A stretch of DNA of 64,000 nucleotides from Planctomycetota bacterium (lineage in GTDB: Bacteria > Planctomycetota > MHYJ01 > WSZJ01): contig JBBTCT010000016.1 in the NCBI GenBank assembly GCA_038060895.1, positions 36,020 to 100,019 of the forward strand, given 5' to 3'. Shown here piece after piece: positions 45,787 through 54,951 of the stretch. Within the stretch, counting starts at the first letter, position 1, and each line of letters opens with the position of its first letter. Under the pieces are notes generated by a model, which ran no database searches, was not told where the DNA came from, and saw only the letters and a program-made list of their open reading frames with translations. The translations under genes and the position numbers were made by a program.

Positions 45787-48700
45787 TCACTTCGCGGCCG
45801 TTCCCGCGGCGCGACGGAAGCGGGTGAGCCACAGCCGCGCGCCCGCCCGCTTCGCTGAAGCCTCGCCTTCCTTGAGGCAGGCGGCCGCCCCGGCGGGATC
45901 TCCGGCCGCCGTCATTGCGCGCGCCGCGTCGAGGAGCACCGCGAGCCGCTCCCGGAACGGCGTCCTCTCCGGGGCGGCCAGGCGCACCGCTTCCCGCGCA
46001 TCCGAAAGCGCTCCCTCCCTGTCGCCCGTCGCCGAGCGAAAGCGCGAGAGCGCGCCCAGCGCCACGCTCTGAACGCGCGCGTCTTTCAGCTCCCCTGCCA
46101 GCGCGAGTGCCGCGTCCGCGTCGGACTTCGAGGCTGCGTCCGTCCCGAATCGCGAGCGCTGCGCCAGCGTCCGGGCCTTCATCTGCCGGTCGCTCCCTTC
46201 CTCCATGAGCTTCAGCGCCTCCGTGAGACCGGCCCGCGCTTCCTCAGGACGCCCTTCCTCCTCCTGCAGCTCGGCGAGCGTCGCCATGACTTCAGGCTGA
46301 AGCGCAAGGTACCGGGCTTCGACGCACAGCCGGAGCGACTCCTCGAGCGCGCTGCGTGCGGGGCCGAGGGCGCCGGCATCCAGGCGCACCTGTCCGATGA
46401 CGCGCAGGGCTCCGGCCACGCCGAGCCGGCTGTCCGAGGTCCGCGAAATGGAAAGGGCTTCGCCCAGCGGTCCGAGTGCGGCGTCGAGCTCGCCCTGCCA
46501 GGTGAGAAGTTCTCCGAGGTTGAACAGGGACATGGACAGATTGGGGCGGTCGTCGATGCTTCGGCCGATCGCGATCGACTCCTCGTAGGCTTTTCGGGCG
46601 GCCGCGTAGTCGCCCCGAAGGTGGTGGAGGACCCCGACGTTTCCGAGCACGCGAGCCACGCCCGCGGGATATCCCATCTCGCGACGCAGCGCCAGCGACT
46701 CGGCGTAGGCGGCGAGGGACTCGTCCCAGCGGCCCTGCAGAGTGAGAATGGCGCCGATGTTGCCGAGCTGGATCCCGATCCCGGGGCGGCCGCCCGTATC
46801 GCGGTGGATCGCCAGCGCCTCCTTGAAGAGCTCCAGCGCCTCCACGGTGCGGCCCCGGCGCTGCCGGTTCGTGCCCAGGTTTCCCAGCACGACAGCAGTT
46901 CCCTCACGGTCGCCCGCTTCCCGCTTGAGCGCCAGCGTTTCGGTGAGCGTCCGCGCTTCCTCATCGAGCCGGCCCTGCGATCCGTAGACGTTTGAGAGCC
47001 GGCTCAGGGCGTTGGAGACGCCGGCCTTGAAGCCAAGTCCGCGAAACATCTCCAGGGCTTCGCGAATGAGTGACTCCGCCTCGGCGGGCCGGCCCTGGAA
47101 GCGGGCGAACTCGCCTTCGATGACTTTCAGGGAAGCGAGCGTCCCCGTGGCGAAGCGATCGCCGTCGGCCAGCAGCGCCGGTTGCAGCGCGCGGCCGCGA
47201 TTCAGCACTTCCTCCACCTCCGCCGCCCGGGCCAGACCCAGGAGGAGATTCGCTTTCAGGATCAGCGCGTCCGCGAGTCGGATCGGACCCAGCTCGAACT
47301 CCATCGCGCGGTCCGTCCCCTCCACCGCTTCGCGGAGCCGGCCCCGCGTCTGGTCCACGCGCGCCACGAGGAGGAGAAGTACTCCGCGTTGCACTGGCGT
47401 GACGTCGTTCGCGCGCTCAGCCGCCGCCGCCGCCGCAAGCGCTTCGTCGAGCCGGCTCAGCATGCGGAACGCCCGGGCCTGGGCCTCGAAGCCGCTCGCG
47501 GAGGGCGCCAGCGCCACGGAACGCGTGGCCGATTCCAGGGACTCGAGGTACGCGCCGTCATCGAGCGCCGCCGCCGCGGACTGGCGCCACAGAAGCGCCG
47601 CTTCGGCCGCCTGGCCTCCGGCCTCGCGCTGCGCCGCCGCGAGGGACTGAAGGACGCGGCCGCCCTGGGAGGCGCGGGACTGGAAGTGGTCCGCGGCGAG
47701 GCCGTGGAGCCGTGCCCGCTCCCGGCGGGGGAGGAGCGAATACGCGGCATCCTTGAGCAGCGCGTGACGGAACGTCCACTGGGCGTCGCCGGAGACGATC
47801 GAGTCCGGGTCGCGCGCGACCAGGTCCTGCTTCTGCGCGGCCTCCAGAGCCGCTTCCACCGGCGATCCCGTGATCGCCGCGAGCGCGCCGGGCCAGAAGA
47901 TCTTGCCGAGCACGCTGGCCGCCTTGAGGGCCTCCTTTGAAGCGGGCGATAGCGCGTCGAGGCGGGCCACCAGCAGGCCCTGGAGGCCGTCCGGGATTCG
48001 TTCGATCGCGCCGCGCAGGCGCGCGGGGGAGCCTTCCAGCAGCGACTCGGACCTGAGATAGCCGGCGAGTGACTCGAGGAACAGGGGATTTCCGCCGGAC
48101 TTCTCGAAGAGAAATGTCGCAAGCTCCCCGGAGACTGCGGCTCCGACCACGGACTCTGACAGTCGCGCCGCGGCGTCGCGGGTCAGGTTGCCGAGTGTGA
48201 TCCGTTCGAAGGCGCCGGGAATGCGGCTCAGGGCCCCGGGGCGCGCGGCGGCGACGACAAGAACCGGCACGTTTGCCAGCGCCGCAGGGAACGACTCCAG
48301 CAGGGCGCGCGTTCCTTCGTCGGCCCAGTGCAGGTCGTCGAGGCAGAGGAGCGCCGGGGCGGCGGCCGCGCGCGCGGCGATCCAGCGGCCCCACGCATGG
48401 TGGGTCTCCGCCAGCATCCGCGAAGGCTCGATCGCCTTGACGCGGGCGTCCGGAAGCGCGACGCCGGCGGAGAGAGCGATGAGCTGCCCCCAGTTTTCCC
48501 GCTCGGTGGGCGTTGCGGGAAGCGCCGACATCTGCGCCGCAAGCGCTTCCGGCAGCGCCGCGCCGTCGGCCGACGTCGCCGCGCGGGCAATTTCGCCGGG
48601 CGCAGCGAGCGGCAGACCTGCCGGCTCGACGGCGCGCCCCGAAGCGACCCAGGCGTCCGGCCGACGCGCCTTCACCGCGCGCTTCAGCTCGTCCAGCAGC

Positions 48701-49395
48701 CGGCTCTTGCCGATCCCCGTCTCGCCCTCGATCGCGACGAACGCGCCGCGGCCGGCGTCGAAGAGCGCGAGGAGGCGCGCCAGTTCCGTCTCGCGGCCGA
48801 CCAGCGGCACGCCGGTCGCCGCTTCCGCCGCCTCCGCAATTTCTTCCACGACTTCAACCGTGTCCACCGGTTCCTGCCGTCCCTTGACCTGCACCGACCC
48901 TCGACCTTCGAAGCGGAATCCGCGGCCCGCGGCGCGCTGGGTCGCGCGCGAGACGAGGACTGCGCCGATTCGCGCGACGGACTCCATCCGCTGCGCGACG
49001 TTCACCGCGTCCCCCATCGCCGTCACCCGGTCGCCCGCAACGCTTCCCCACAGAACTTCCCCCGTGTTGATCCCGATGCGCATGCGGATGCCGAGGTCGC
49101 GCTCGGCGTCGAAGGCGGCGAGTTCGCGCTGAAGCGCCAGTCCGGCGCGGACGGCTCGGGCAGGATCATCTTCGTGGGCGACGGGTGCGCCGAACACGGC
49201 CATGACGGCGTCGCCGATGAATTTATCGACGGTGCCGCCGTGCGCTTCGATGACGGTGCGGAAGCGGAGAAACAGTTTATCGACGATGTCGGAGACGTCT
49301 TCCGGGTCCAGCGTCTCCGACATGCGCGTGAAACCCGAGAGGTCCGAGAAGAGGACGGTGACGGTGCGGCGTTCTCGCGGGTCCTGTGCGGGCAT
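45787..49395 (-). CDS. Class III adenylate/guanylate cyclase with STAND (AAA16) ATPase and TPR repeats
   Basis: FSDLSGFT, DKFIGDAVM, GDAVNVAQR, GETGIGKS, DDLHWAD, GGNPLF, FRHALLKDAAY, TPRs. Confidence 0.93.
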   Translation of the reverse strand: MPAQDPRERRTVTVLFSDLSGFTRMSETLDPEDVSDIVDKLFLRFRTVIEAHGGTVDKFIGDAVMAVFGAPVAHEDDPARAVRAGLALQRELAAFDAERDLGIRMRIGINTGEVLWGSVAGDRVTAMGDAVNVAQRMESVARIGAVLVSRATQRAAGRGFRFEGRGSVQVKGRQEPVDTVEVVEEIAEAAEAATGVPLVGRETELARLLALFDAGRGAFVAIEGETGIGKSRLLDELKRAVKARRPDAWVASGRAVEPAGLPLAAPGEIARAATSADGAALPEALAAQMSALPATPTERENWGQLIALSAGVALPDARVKAIEPSRMLAETHHAWGRWIAARAAAAPALLCLDDLHWADEGTRALLESFPAALANVPVLVVAAARPGALSRIPGAFERITLGNLTRDAAARLSESVVGAAVSGELATFLFEKSGGNPLFLESLAGYLRSESLLEGSPARLRGAIERIPDGLQGLLVARLDALSPASKEALKAASVLGKIFWPGALAAITGSPVEAALEAAQKQDLVARDPDSIVSGDAQWTFRHALLKDAAYSLLPRRERARLHGLAADHFQSRASQGGRVLQSLAAAQREAGGQAAEAALLWRQSAAAALDDGAYLESLESATRSVALAPSASGFEAQARAFRMLSRLDEALAAAAAAERANDVTPVQRGVLLLLVARVDQTRGRLREAVEGTDRAMEFELGPIRLADALILKANLLLGLARAAEVEEVLNRGRALQPALLADGDRFATGTLASLKVIEGEFARFQGRPAEAESLIREALEMFRGLGFKAGVSNALSRLSNVYGSQGRLDEEARTLTETLALKREAGDREGTAVVLGNLGTNRQRRGRTVEALELFKEALAIHRDTGGRPGIGIQLGNIGAILTLQGRWDESLAAYAESLALRREMGYPAGVARVLGNVGVLHHLRGDYAAARKAYEESIAIGRSIDDRPNLSMSLFNLGELLTWQGELDAALGPLGEALSISRTSDSRLGVAGALRVIGQVRLDAGALGPARSALEESLRLCVEARYLALQPEVMATLAELQEEEGRPEEARAGLTEALKLMEEGSDRQMKARTLAQRSRFGTDAASKSDADAALALAGELKDARVQSVALGALSRFRSATGDREGALSDAREAVRLAAPERTPFRERLAVLLDAARAMTAAGDPAGAAACLKEGEASAKRAGARLWLTRFRRAAGTAAK

Positions 49396-49440
49396 CGCGG
49401 CGGATTCTAAGGTGGGCGGGGCTGGAGTCCTCCGATTCGC

Positions 49441-49917
49441 TTAACGGGAACGGACCGAGGGCGCGCCCGGGGAAGTGCGAAGTTCGGATTTCGATTGAGA
49501 CGCTCGCTGGGCGCCCATGCAGCTGATTCGGAGGAAGACGATGAACATGATGAGGAAAACGATTCCGCCGGCTCCGGCGACGGCCTTGGTTGGCCGCGTG
49601 CGCTCGGCGCTCGAGAGGAAAGGACGCCAGTTGCTGTCACCGGGCATCGGGCCGGCCTGGACAGGCGGCACCGCGGAGGGGCGTTTCGGCGGCTCCGGCG
49701 GGCCGTCGGCAAGTTCCAGCGGGTCATGCGACGCAGCGGGTTCGTCGGCGAAAGCTGAAGCCTCGGCGCCCGGCGGAGGCGCGACTTTGCCAATGGCGCC
49801 AGCAGGTGAGGCTGGAATCTGGATCTTCCCACGGCAACTCGGGCAGTAGCCGGTCTTTCCCAGCATTGTCTGACCCAGCGGAATGACTTTGCCGCACCAC
49901 GGACACGCGTGTGACAT
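49441..49917 (-). CDS. Zinc-ribbon protein with C-terminal TM helix
   Basis: CPWCG...CPSCR, Pro-rich linker, hydrophobic helix. AAGGGGAG RBS. Confidence 0.7.
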   Translation of the reverse strand: MSHACPWCGKVIPLGQTMLGKTGYCPSCRGKIQIPASPAGAIGKVAPPPGAEASAFADEPAASHDPLELADGPPEPPKRPSAVPPVQAGPMPGDSNWRPFLSSAERTRPTKAVAGAGGIVFLIMFIVFLRISCMGAQRASQSKSELRTSPGAPSVRSR

Positions 49918-49933
49918 ACGTTCTCCCCTTGGA

Positions 49934-52045
49934 TTACCTGTAGATCTCCGCGTCCCAGCCGAATCCGAACGACTGCGATGACTTGTTCTCTTTCCAGCCG
50001 GCGCCGTCGCGCGCGCCCGCCGCGTTGCGCGGATCGCCCGAGTACGAGTCCTTGCCGCCGGTGTCGAGGAAGACGCCGACCGCCGGGAGGTCGTCGCGGA
50101 ATGTGCGCGACGGGGGATACATGGACGCCGACCCGAACGGGCCCGGCTCTCCCATGTCCTTGTCCATCGTCACTTCGTAGACGTCGTCGCCGCGGCGGTC
50201 CCAGAAGAGCGCGACGCTGCACAGGTCGGCGCTTCCGCCGCACATGTTTTTCAGCAGGTAGCGGTCGTTGCCATCGCCGTCGATGGAGATGCCGATCGAG
50301 GCGTCGCGCGCGTGGCCCTGGAACTGGTTCTTCGTGGTGGTGACGCCGACGTTGTAGAGGTCGTCGCCGGCGAGGTCGACCTGGACGCCGACGGCGTAGT
50401 GGGCGCCGGCGCCGCTCGAGTATTTGCCGTTCTCGTAGACGTCGTTGCCGCCACGGTCCTCGAGCACGCCGATGCCCCACCAGTAACCGCATCCCTGCGA
50501 CCAGCATTGGGCGTGATAGCGGTCGTCGCCCGCGCCATCGACGAGGAGACCCCAGCCGCCCGCGAGGCTGCGGCCGTCGCCGATGTCGGCGCGGCGGCCG
50601 TAGCCGCACCCCTGGGCCATGGCGACGGACTGGTTGAGATAAAGCGCGCTGACGTTGCCGTCGTCCCGGCACACGTAGGCGTCTTTGCCTTCGACGTCGA
50701 GCAGGAGCCCGCAGCCGAGCGTCGATCCCATTCCCTGCGACTGCTCCGCGCACTCATACCGGTCGTCGCCGGCGAGATCCACCAGCATTCCCGCGCCCAT
50801 GTGCCCTACACCCTGGCCCCACTTTCCCTTCACGACGTACTCGTCGTCCCCCGCCCCGTCCCAGAGCAGCCCCGTCCCGAACCACCCGCATCCGAGACCG
50901 GAATCTTTCACCGTGTACTTGTCGTTCCCCGAGAGATCGATCACGGCGCCGAGGCCGAAGACGCCGCAGCCCATGGTGAAGAGCTCTTCGCCCCCGTCGT
51001 AAACGTCATCTCCCGCGAGATCGATCACGACGGAGAGCGGGTCGGAAGGGCCGTTCGAAACGGCCAGGCGTCCGGTCCAGCGGTCCTTGCCGCCGAAGTC
51101 CACCACGATCGGCGGCTGCGGGCCGCTGATCGCGTCGTCCTCCGTCCCGAGGACGTGGATTCCGGGCAGCCCGCGCCAGTCGAGAGGCCCGATGCGCGCG
51201 AGAATCTCGCGTCCGTCCGCCTGCAGCCAGACCTGGAGTTCCGCGAGCGCGGTCTTGAGATGCGCCGCGAACAGCGCGGAGCCGTAGGCCACCGGCGCAC
51301 GGTCGACTTCGCGCAGCCACCGGAAGCACCGGCCGTCGAGCGTCGCGGCCTGGTCGTTTTCGCCGTCGGTCCAGGGCGACGCGACCGATTTTCGAAGAGC
51401 CCTTCCGTCCGGATCGTCCGCCGGCGCTGGAATGGACTGGCGAAGCCAGGGGAGCGCCACGCGCCGCGCGATGGCGAGCCTGAGGAGGAAGCGCTGGAGT
51501 TGGACGGGAATCTTTGCGAATTCCGCTTCGATCGCGGCGCGTTCCAGGACGGGCGTGGGGTCGGGCTCCAGCGTCAACAGGATCGACAGCGCTTCCGACG
51601 GCGACTTTCCCTTGGGAATCCCGGCCTCGCCCCAATCTTCACCGGTCGGTGGCGCATACATGCGCCCCGCCGGGATGTCCGTCAGTCCCCAGCACATCAT
51701 CGAAATGTCGCCCGGGCTGCCGGCCCGCGCGAGGGCGATGAGTTCGTCGGCAATTCGCCCGGTGGTGCGGGGGATTGTCCGCACGTCGCGGAACAGGTTT
51801 TCGACCGAACGGAGAAGGTGCTCTCTGCCGGCGTAGTTCCGCATCTCGTCGCCGGTGAATCCGAGCGGCCTGCGCCCCGAACCATTGCCGGCGAGGACTC
51901 GGTCCCAGACGTCGTCGGGGATTTGAAGAGCGGCGCGGTCGTTGGGGGGCGGGTCGCGGGGTTGTTCGGCGGCGGCTAGAACGGCGAGGGAAAGGGAAAG
52001 GGAAAGGGAAAGGGAACGGCGGTGCTTGCTGGGGGGTGGAAGCAT
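49934..52045 (-). CDS. Secreted protein with tandem DxxGDDxY / QGxG repeats
   Basis: About 10 repeats such as IDLAGDDVY, WDGAGDDEY, VDLAGDDRY. Signal-like N-terminus with SLSLSL. Confidence 0.78.
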   Translation of the reverse strand: MLPPPSKHRRSLSLSLSLSLAVLAAAEQPRDPPPNDRAALQIPDDVWDRVLAGNGSGRRPLGFTGDEMRNYAGREHLLRSVENLFRDVRTIPRTTGRIADELIALARAGSPGDISMMCWGLTDIPAGRMYAPPTGEDWGEAGIPKGKSPSEALSILLTLEPDPTPVLERAAIEAEFAKIPVQLQRFLLRLAIARRVALPWLRQSIPAPADDPDGRALRKSVASPWTDGENDQAATLDGRCFRWLREVDRAPVAYGSALFAAHLKTALAELQVWLQADGREILARIGPLDWRGLPGIHVLGTEDDAISGPQPPIVVDFGGKDRWTGRLAVSNGPSDPLSVVIDLAGDDVYDGGEELFTMGCGVFGLGAVIDLSGNDKYTVKDSGLGCGWFGTGLLWDGAGDDEYVVKGKWGQGVGHMGAGMLVDLAGDDRYECAEQSQGMGSTLGCGLLLDVEGKDAYVCRDDGNVSALYLNQSVAMAQGCGYGRRADIGDGRSLAGGWGLLVDGAGDDRYHAQCWSQGCGYWWGIGVLEDRGGNDVYENGKYSSGAGAHYAVGVQVDLAGDDLYNVGVTTTKNQFQGHARDASIGISIDGDGNDRYLLKNMCGGSADLCSVALFWDRRGDDVYEVTMDKDMGEPGPFGSASMYPPSRTFRDDLPAVGVFLDTGGKDSYSGDPRNAAGARDGAGWKENKSSQSFGFGWDAEIYR
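51988..52017. repeat. Hexamer microsatellite (GGGAAA)4-5 inside a signal-peptide coding region
   Basis: gggaaa x4 plus gggaac, read as SLSLSLSLSL on the minus strand. Confidence 0.85.
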
Positions 52046-52130
52046 GGGCTCCTGCGGAATAGTGGGCCTGAAGTGTCGCACAGGCTCGCTTCCCGGCAAG
52101 CACGGGGTGGGGCGCGAGTAAGATGCGACG

Positions 52131-53555
52131 GTGAACGCCCCCTTCGACTCGAACCACACTGAGCAGCGAGTCGAAGGGCTTCGCTCGCTCAGGGCGGAGC
52201 CCTTCGACTCGCTCAGGGCGGAGCCCTTCGACTCGCTCAGGGCGGAGCCCTTCGACTCGCTCAGGGCGGAGGAGGCGTATCTTTTCCGCCACTCCCTCCT
52301 CCGCGACGCCGCCTATCAGCTGCAGCTCCCCGGCGAGCGGGCGCGATTGCACTCTCTGGCGTTCCGGATCATGGAGCAGCTTGCAGGCGGCCCGCCGCCG
52401 CCCCAGACGCCCAAGGACGGATTCGGCCTTCGCTCGCACTCCACGGACTCCTTCGCAGAGGAGCTCGCCGAACACGCCCGGCTCGCGCACGATCCTTCGG
52501 ACCCCGATGCCGCCGCTCTTTCGGCAGCGCACCGCCACTACCTGCGCCGCGCCGCGGGACACGCGAGAAGCCACTTCCGAAACCAGGCGGCCGGGCGGCT
52601 GTGGGAGCAGTACGTACAGTTGGCCACGGGCGCTGAGAAGGTCGAAGCCCTTCGCCACGCCGCGCACGCGGCCATCATGTCCGGGCGGCAGCGCGTTGCC
52701 GAAGCGCAATTCGAACAGGCGCTCGCCATCGCACGCGAGGCCGGAGACCCCAGGCTCGAGGCAAGAGTCCTCGGAGATCTGGCCGGGCTCTTCAATTCAA
52801 CCGGCCGGGCGTCACAGGCCGAGCAGGCGTGCGAACAGTCGCTGGCCATCCACCGCGAGCTCGGGAATTGCGCCGCCGTGGGCATCGGGTTGGGAAATGT
52901 CGCGCTTCTGTACCTCGAGTCGGGGAGACTCGAGCTGGCGGAAAAGACCCTCAACGATGCGCTTGCGATTCATCGAGAGGTCAAGAGCCGCCGGGACCAG
53001 GGCGTCGCCCTCGGTAATCTGGCCAACGTCTACAGCGCCGCCCGGCGGCCCGAGGAAGCGGAGCAGGCCTACATTCAGGCCCTCGAGATTCATCGCGAGG
53101 TCGGCAACCGCCACTCCGAAGGCCTGACCCTTGGGAATTCCGCGGACCTTTACAGCGAAACCGGGCGGGCCGCGCAGGCCGAGCGGAATCTCGAGCTCGC
53201 GTTGGCGATTCAACGTGAAGTGGGCAACCGTCGCTACGAAGGCGTGTTCCTGAGCAATCTGGCGGTTCTGTACGGAAAATCAGGAAACTACGCGCAGGCA
53301 GGGCGAGCCTTCAAAGAGGCGCTCGACATTCTCCGCGAAGTCGGGGACCGACGATCCGAAGGAACCCGCCTGTGCGACTACGCGCTGATTCTGCTCTCCC
53401 AGGAGCGCTTCGACGAAGCGCGAGAGACCTGGCGCGAGGGGGAATCCACGCTGCGCCAGATCGGCGCGGCGGCGGCGCTGGCGACGGCGATGGAACGCAT
53501 GAGAGACGCCTGCGGCAAGGCCGGAGTGCCGGCGTTCGAAGGGACTCGGTGCTGA
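52131..53555 (+). CDS. TPR protein starting with a STAND-type FRHxLLRDAAY helix
   Basis: YLFRHSLLRDAAYQLQ followed by about 7 TPRs (ALAIHREVGNRRxEGxxLGNLA). Confidence 0.85.
   Translation: MNAPFDSNHTEQRVEGLRSLRAEPFDSLRAEPFDSLRAEPFDSLRAEEAYLFRHSLLRDAAYQLQLPGERARLHSLAFRIMEQLAGGPPPPQTPKDGFGLRSHSTDSFAEELAEHARLAHDPSDPDAAALSAAHRHYLRRAAGHARSHFRNQAAGRLWEQYVQLATGAEKVEALRHAAHAAIMSGRQRVAEAQFEQALAIAREAGDPRLEARVLGDLAGLFNSTGRASQAEQACEQSLAIHRELGNCAAVGIGLGNVALLYLESGRLELAEKTLNDALAIHREVKSRRDQGVALGNLANVYSAARRPEEAEQAYIQALEIHREVGNRHSEGLTLGNSADLYSETGRAAQAERNLELALAIQREVGNRRYEGVFLSNLAVLYGKSGNYAQAGRAFKEALDILREVGDRRSEGTRLCDYALILLSQERFDEARETWREGESTLRQIGAAAALATAMERMRDACGKAGVPAFEGTRC
52140..52271. repeat. REP-like hairpin plus 24-bp tandem repeat CCCTTCGACTCGCTCAGGGCGGAG (3 perfect, 1 degenerate)
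   Basis: Hairpin CCCTTCGACTCG/CGAGTCGAAGGG at 52140-52178. Perfect units at 52200, 52224 and 52248. Confidence 0.9.
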
Positions 53556-53704
53556 TCGGTCATGCTGCCACTTCCGAGAAGTCGGCCGAGTCGCCAAGCT
53601 GAGGCCACTTCGTCGAGGAGTGAAGTTCTGCGGGTTCGGTCGCGCTTGTACGCGAAGGACGACGAGGACTACACTCGTTCCACGTCTTTCTTCCGGAATC
53701 TCCC

Positions 53705-54634
53705 ATGCGCTTCCTGGCGATCTGCGTCGTGCTCGCGTCTTCCGCCGCCGCAGACCCTGTGACGCTCAAGCTCAAGCTCGCCAAGGGCCAGTCGATGAAG
53801 GTCGAGCAGACGCTCGGGCTGACGTCTACGGCCAATCCGTCGAAGAGCACGAAGTCCGGCGGCGTGTCCTCGGTCACGTCGGTGATCGTGCAGACGCCGT
53901 TCTTGCTGATCGAGAAGTGGACGGACGCATGCGTCGAGGACGCCGACGGCGACCCGGTCGAAGTACGCCGCACGATTCTCGGTTCGAAGATCGCGACCGC
54001 CAAAACCGCTTCCGCGCTGACCTCGCAGGAGGGATGTGTCTTCCTGCTCTCAAAGGGGGACAAGGGCTCGACCGTAAAGACTGAGAGAGGCAAGCCCGAG
54101 GATCTCAGCGTGATCCTGCTCGGCAAGGGCCCGCCTGAGCTCGTCCAGGTCATGCTTCCCGCCGGCGCCGTCGAAGTCGGCGACTCGTGGAAGGTCGACG
54201 GCTCGTGCAATTCGCCGCTGCAGTACACCGTCTCGGCGGGCAAGGCCGGCGCGCAGGGCAAGGCCCGAAACGCGCTTCGCGAAGACATCGACCGGATGGA
54301 CGACAAGAAGTCGCCGATCGGGGTCGGCAGCGCGACGAGCGCGGGGTGCGAGGTCACGGCGACGCTCAAATCCGTGAAAGACGGCATCGCGACGATCGAG
54401 TTCTCCGGCCAGCAGGACATCGACAGCAGCAAAGTTCCGGGTGCCCCGGCCGGCGCAATGATCCCGAAGTCAAAGACGGTCATCACCGGCTCGCTGACGT
54501 TCGACATCGAGGCCGGCCGCCCGCTCAAGCTGGGCTGGAGTTCGAAGCACATCGTCGATGACCTGGACAAGGGCGGAACGAAGTTCCCCGGGTTCACGGA
54601 GGACTGGGCGCTCGCGAGGACGTACTCGAAGTAG
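53705..54634 (+). CDS. Secreted hypothetical beta-rich protein
   Basis: Signal peptide, LPAGAVEVGDSWK, GSLTFDIEAGRP. Confidence 0.75.
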   Translation: MRFLAICVVLASSAAADPVTLKLKLAKGQSMKVEQTLGLTSTANPSKSTKSGGVSSVTSVIVQTPFLLIEKWTDACVEDADGDPVEVRRTILGSKIATAKTASALTSQEGCVFLLSKGDKGSTVKTERGKPEDLSVILLGKGPPELVQVMLPAGAVEVGDSWKVDGSCNSPLQYTVSAGKAGAQGKARNALREDIDRMDDKKSPIGVGSATSAGCEVTATLKSVKDGIATIEFSGQQDIDSSKVPGAPAGAMIPKSKTVITGSLTFDIEAGRPLKLGWSSKHIVDDLDKGGTKFPGFTEDWALARTYSK

Positions 54635-54658
54635 GGAAGCGCCGGGCGGGAAACGAAG

Positions 54659-54684
54659 CAGGCGCGGCTCATGGGCCGCGCCTG
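54659..54684. terminator. GC-rich hairpin between convergent CDS and tRNA
   Basis: CAGGCGCGGCTC-AT-GGGCCGCGCCTG stem-loop, weak U-tract. Confidence 0.55.
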
Positions 54685-54692
54685 GTTCCGGA

Positions 54693-54766
<74 letters not shown>

Positions 54767-54951
54767 ATGAGGGGGAGGACTATGCGCGTCCCCCTGTTTC
54801 CCGTCAAGCGGAAACCCTGCGCCGTGCCTCCAGAGACGGGGCCATTTTATATCCGATATTTCATATTATATATTTGATATTAATCCTTTCGCCCTCCCCG
54901 ATTCTTTCCCGTTTCCCCGCCCGCTCCAAACGCTAAAATCCCCCTCTCACC

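Noticed and set aside
52177-52271. 24-bp direct repeats as a CRISPR array
   Set aside because: Units are head-to-tail with no spacers, and there are no cas genes in the window.
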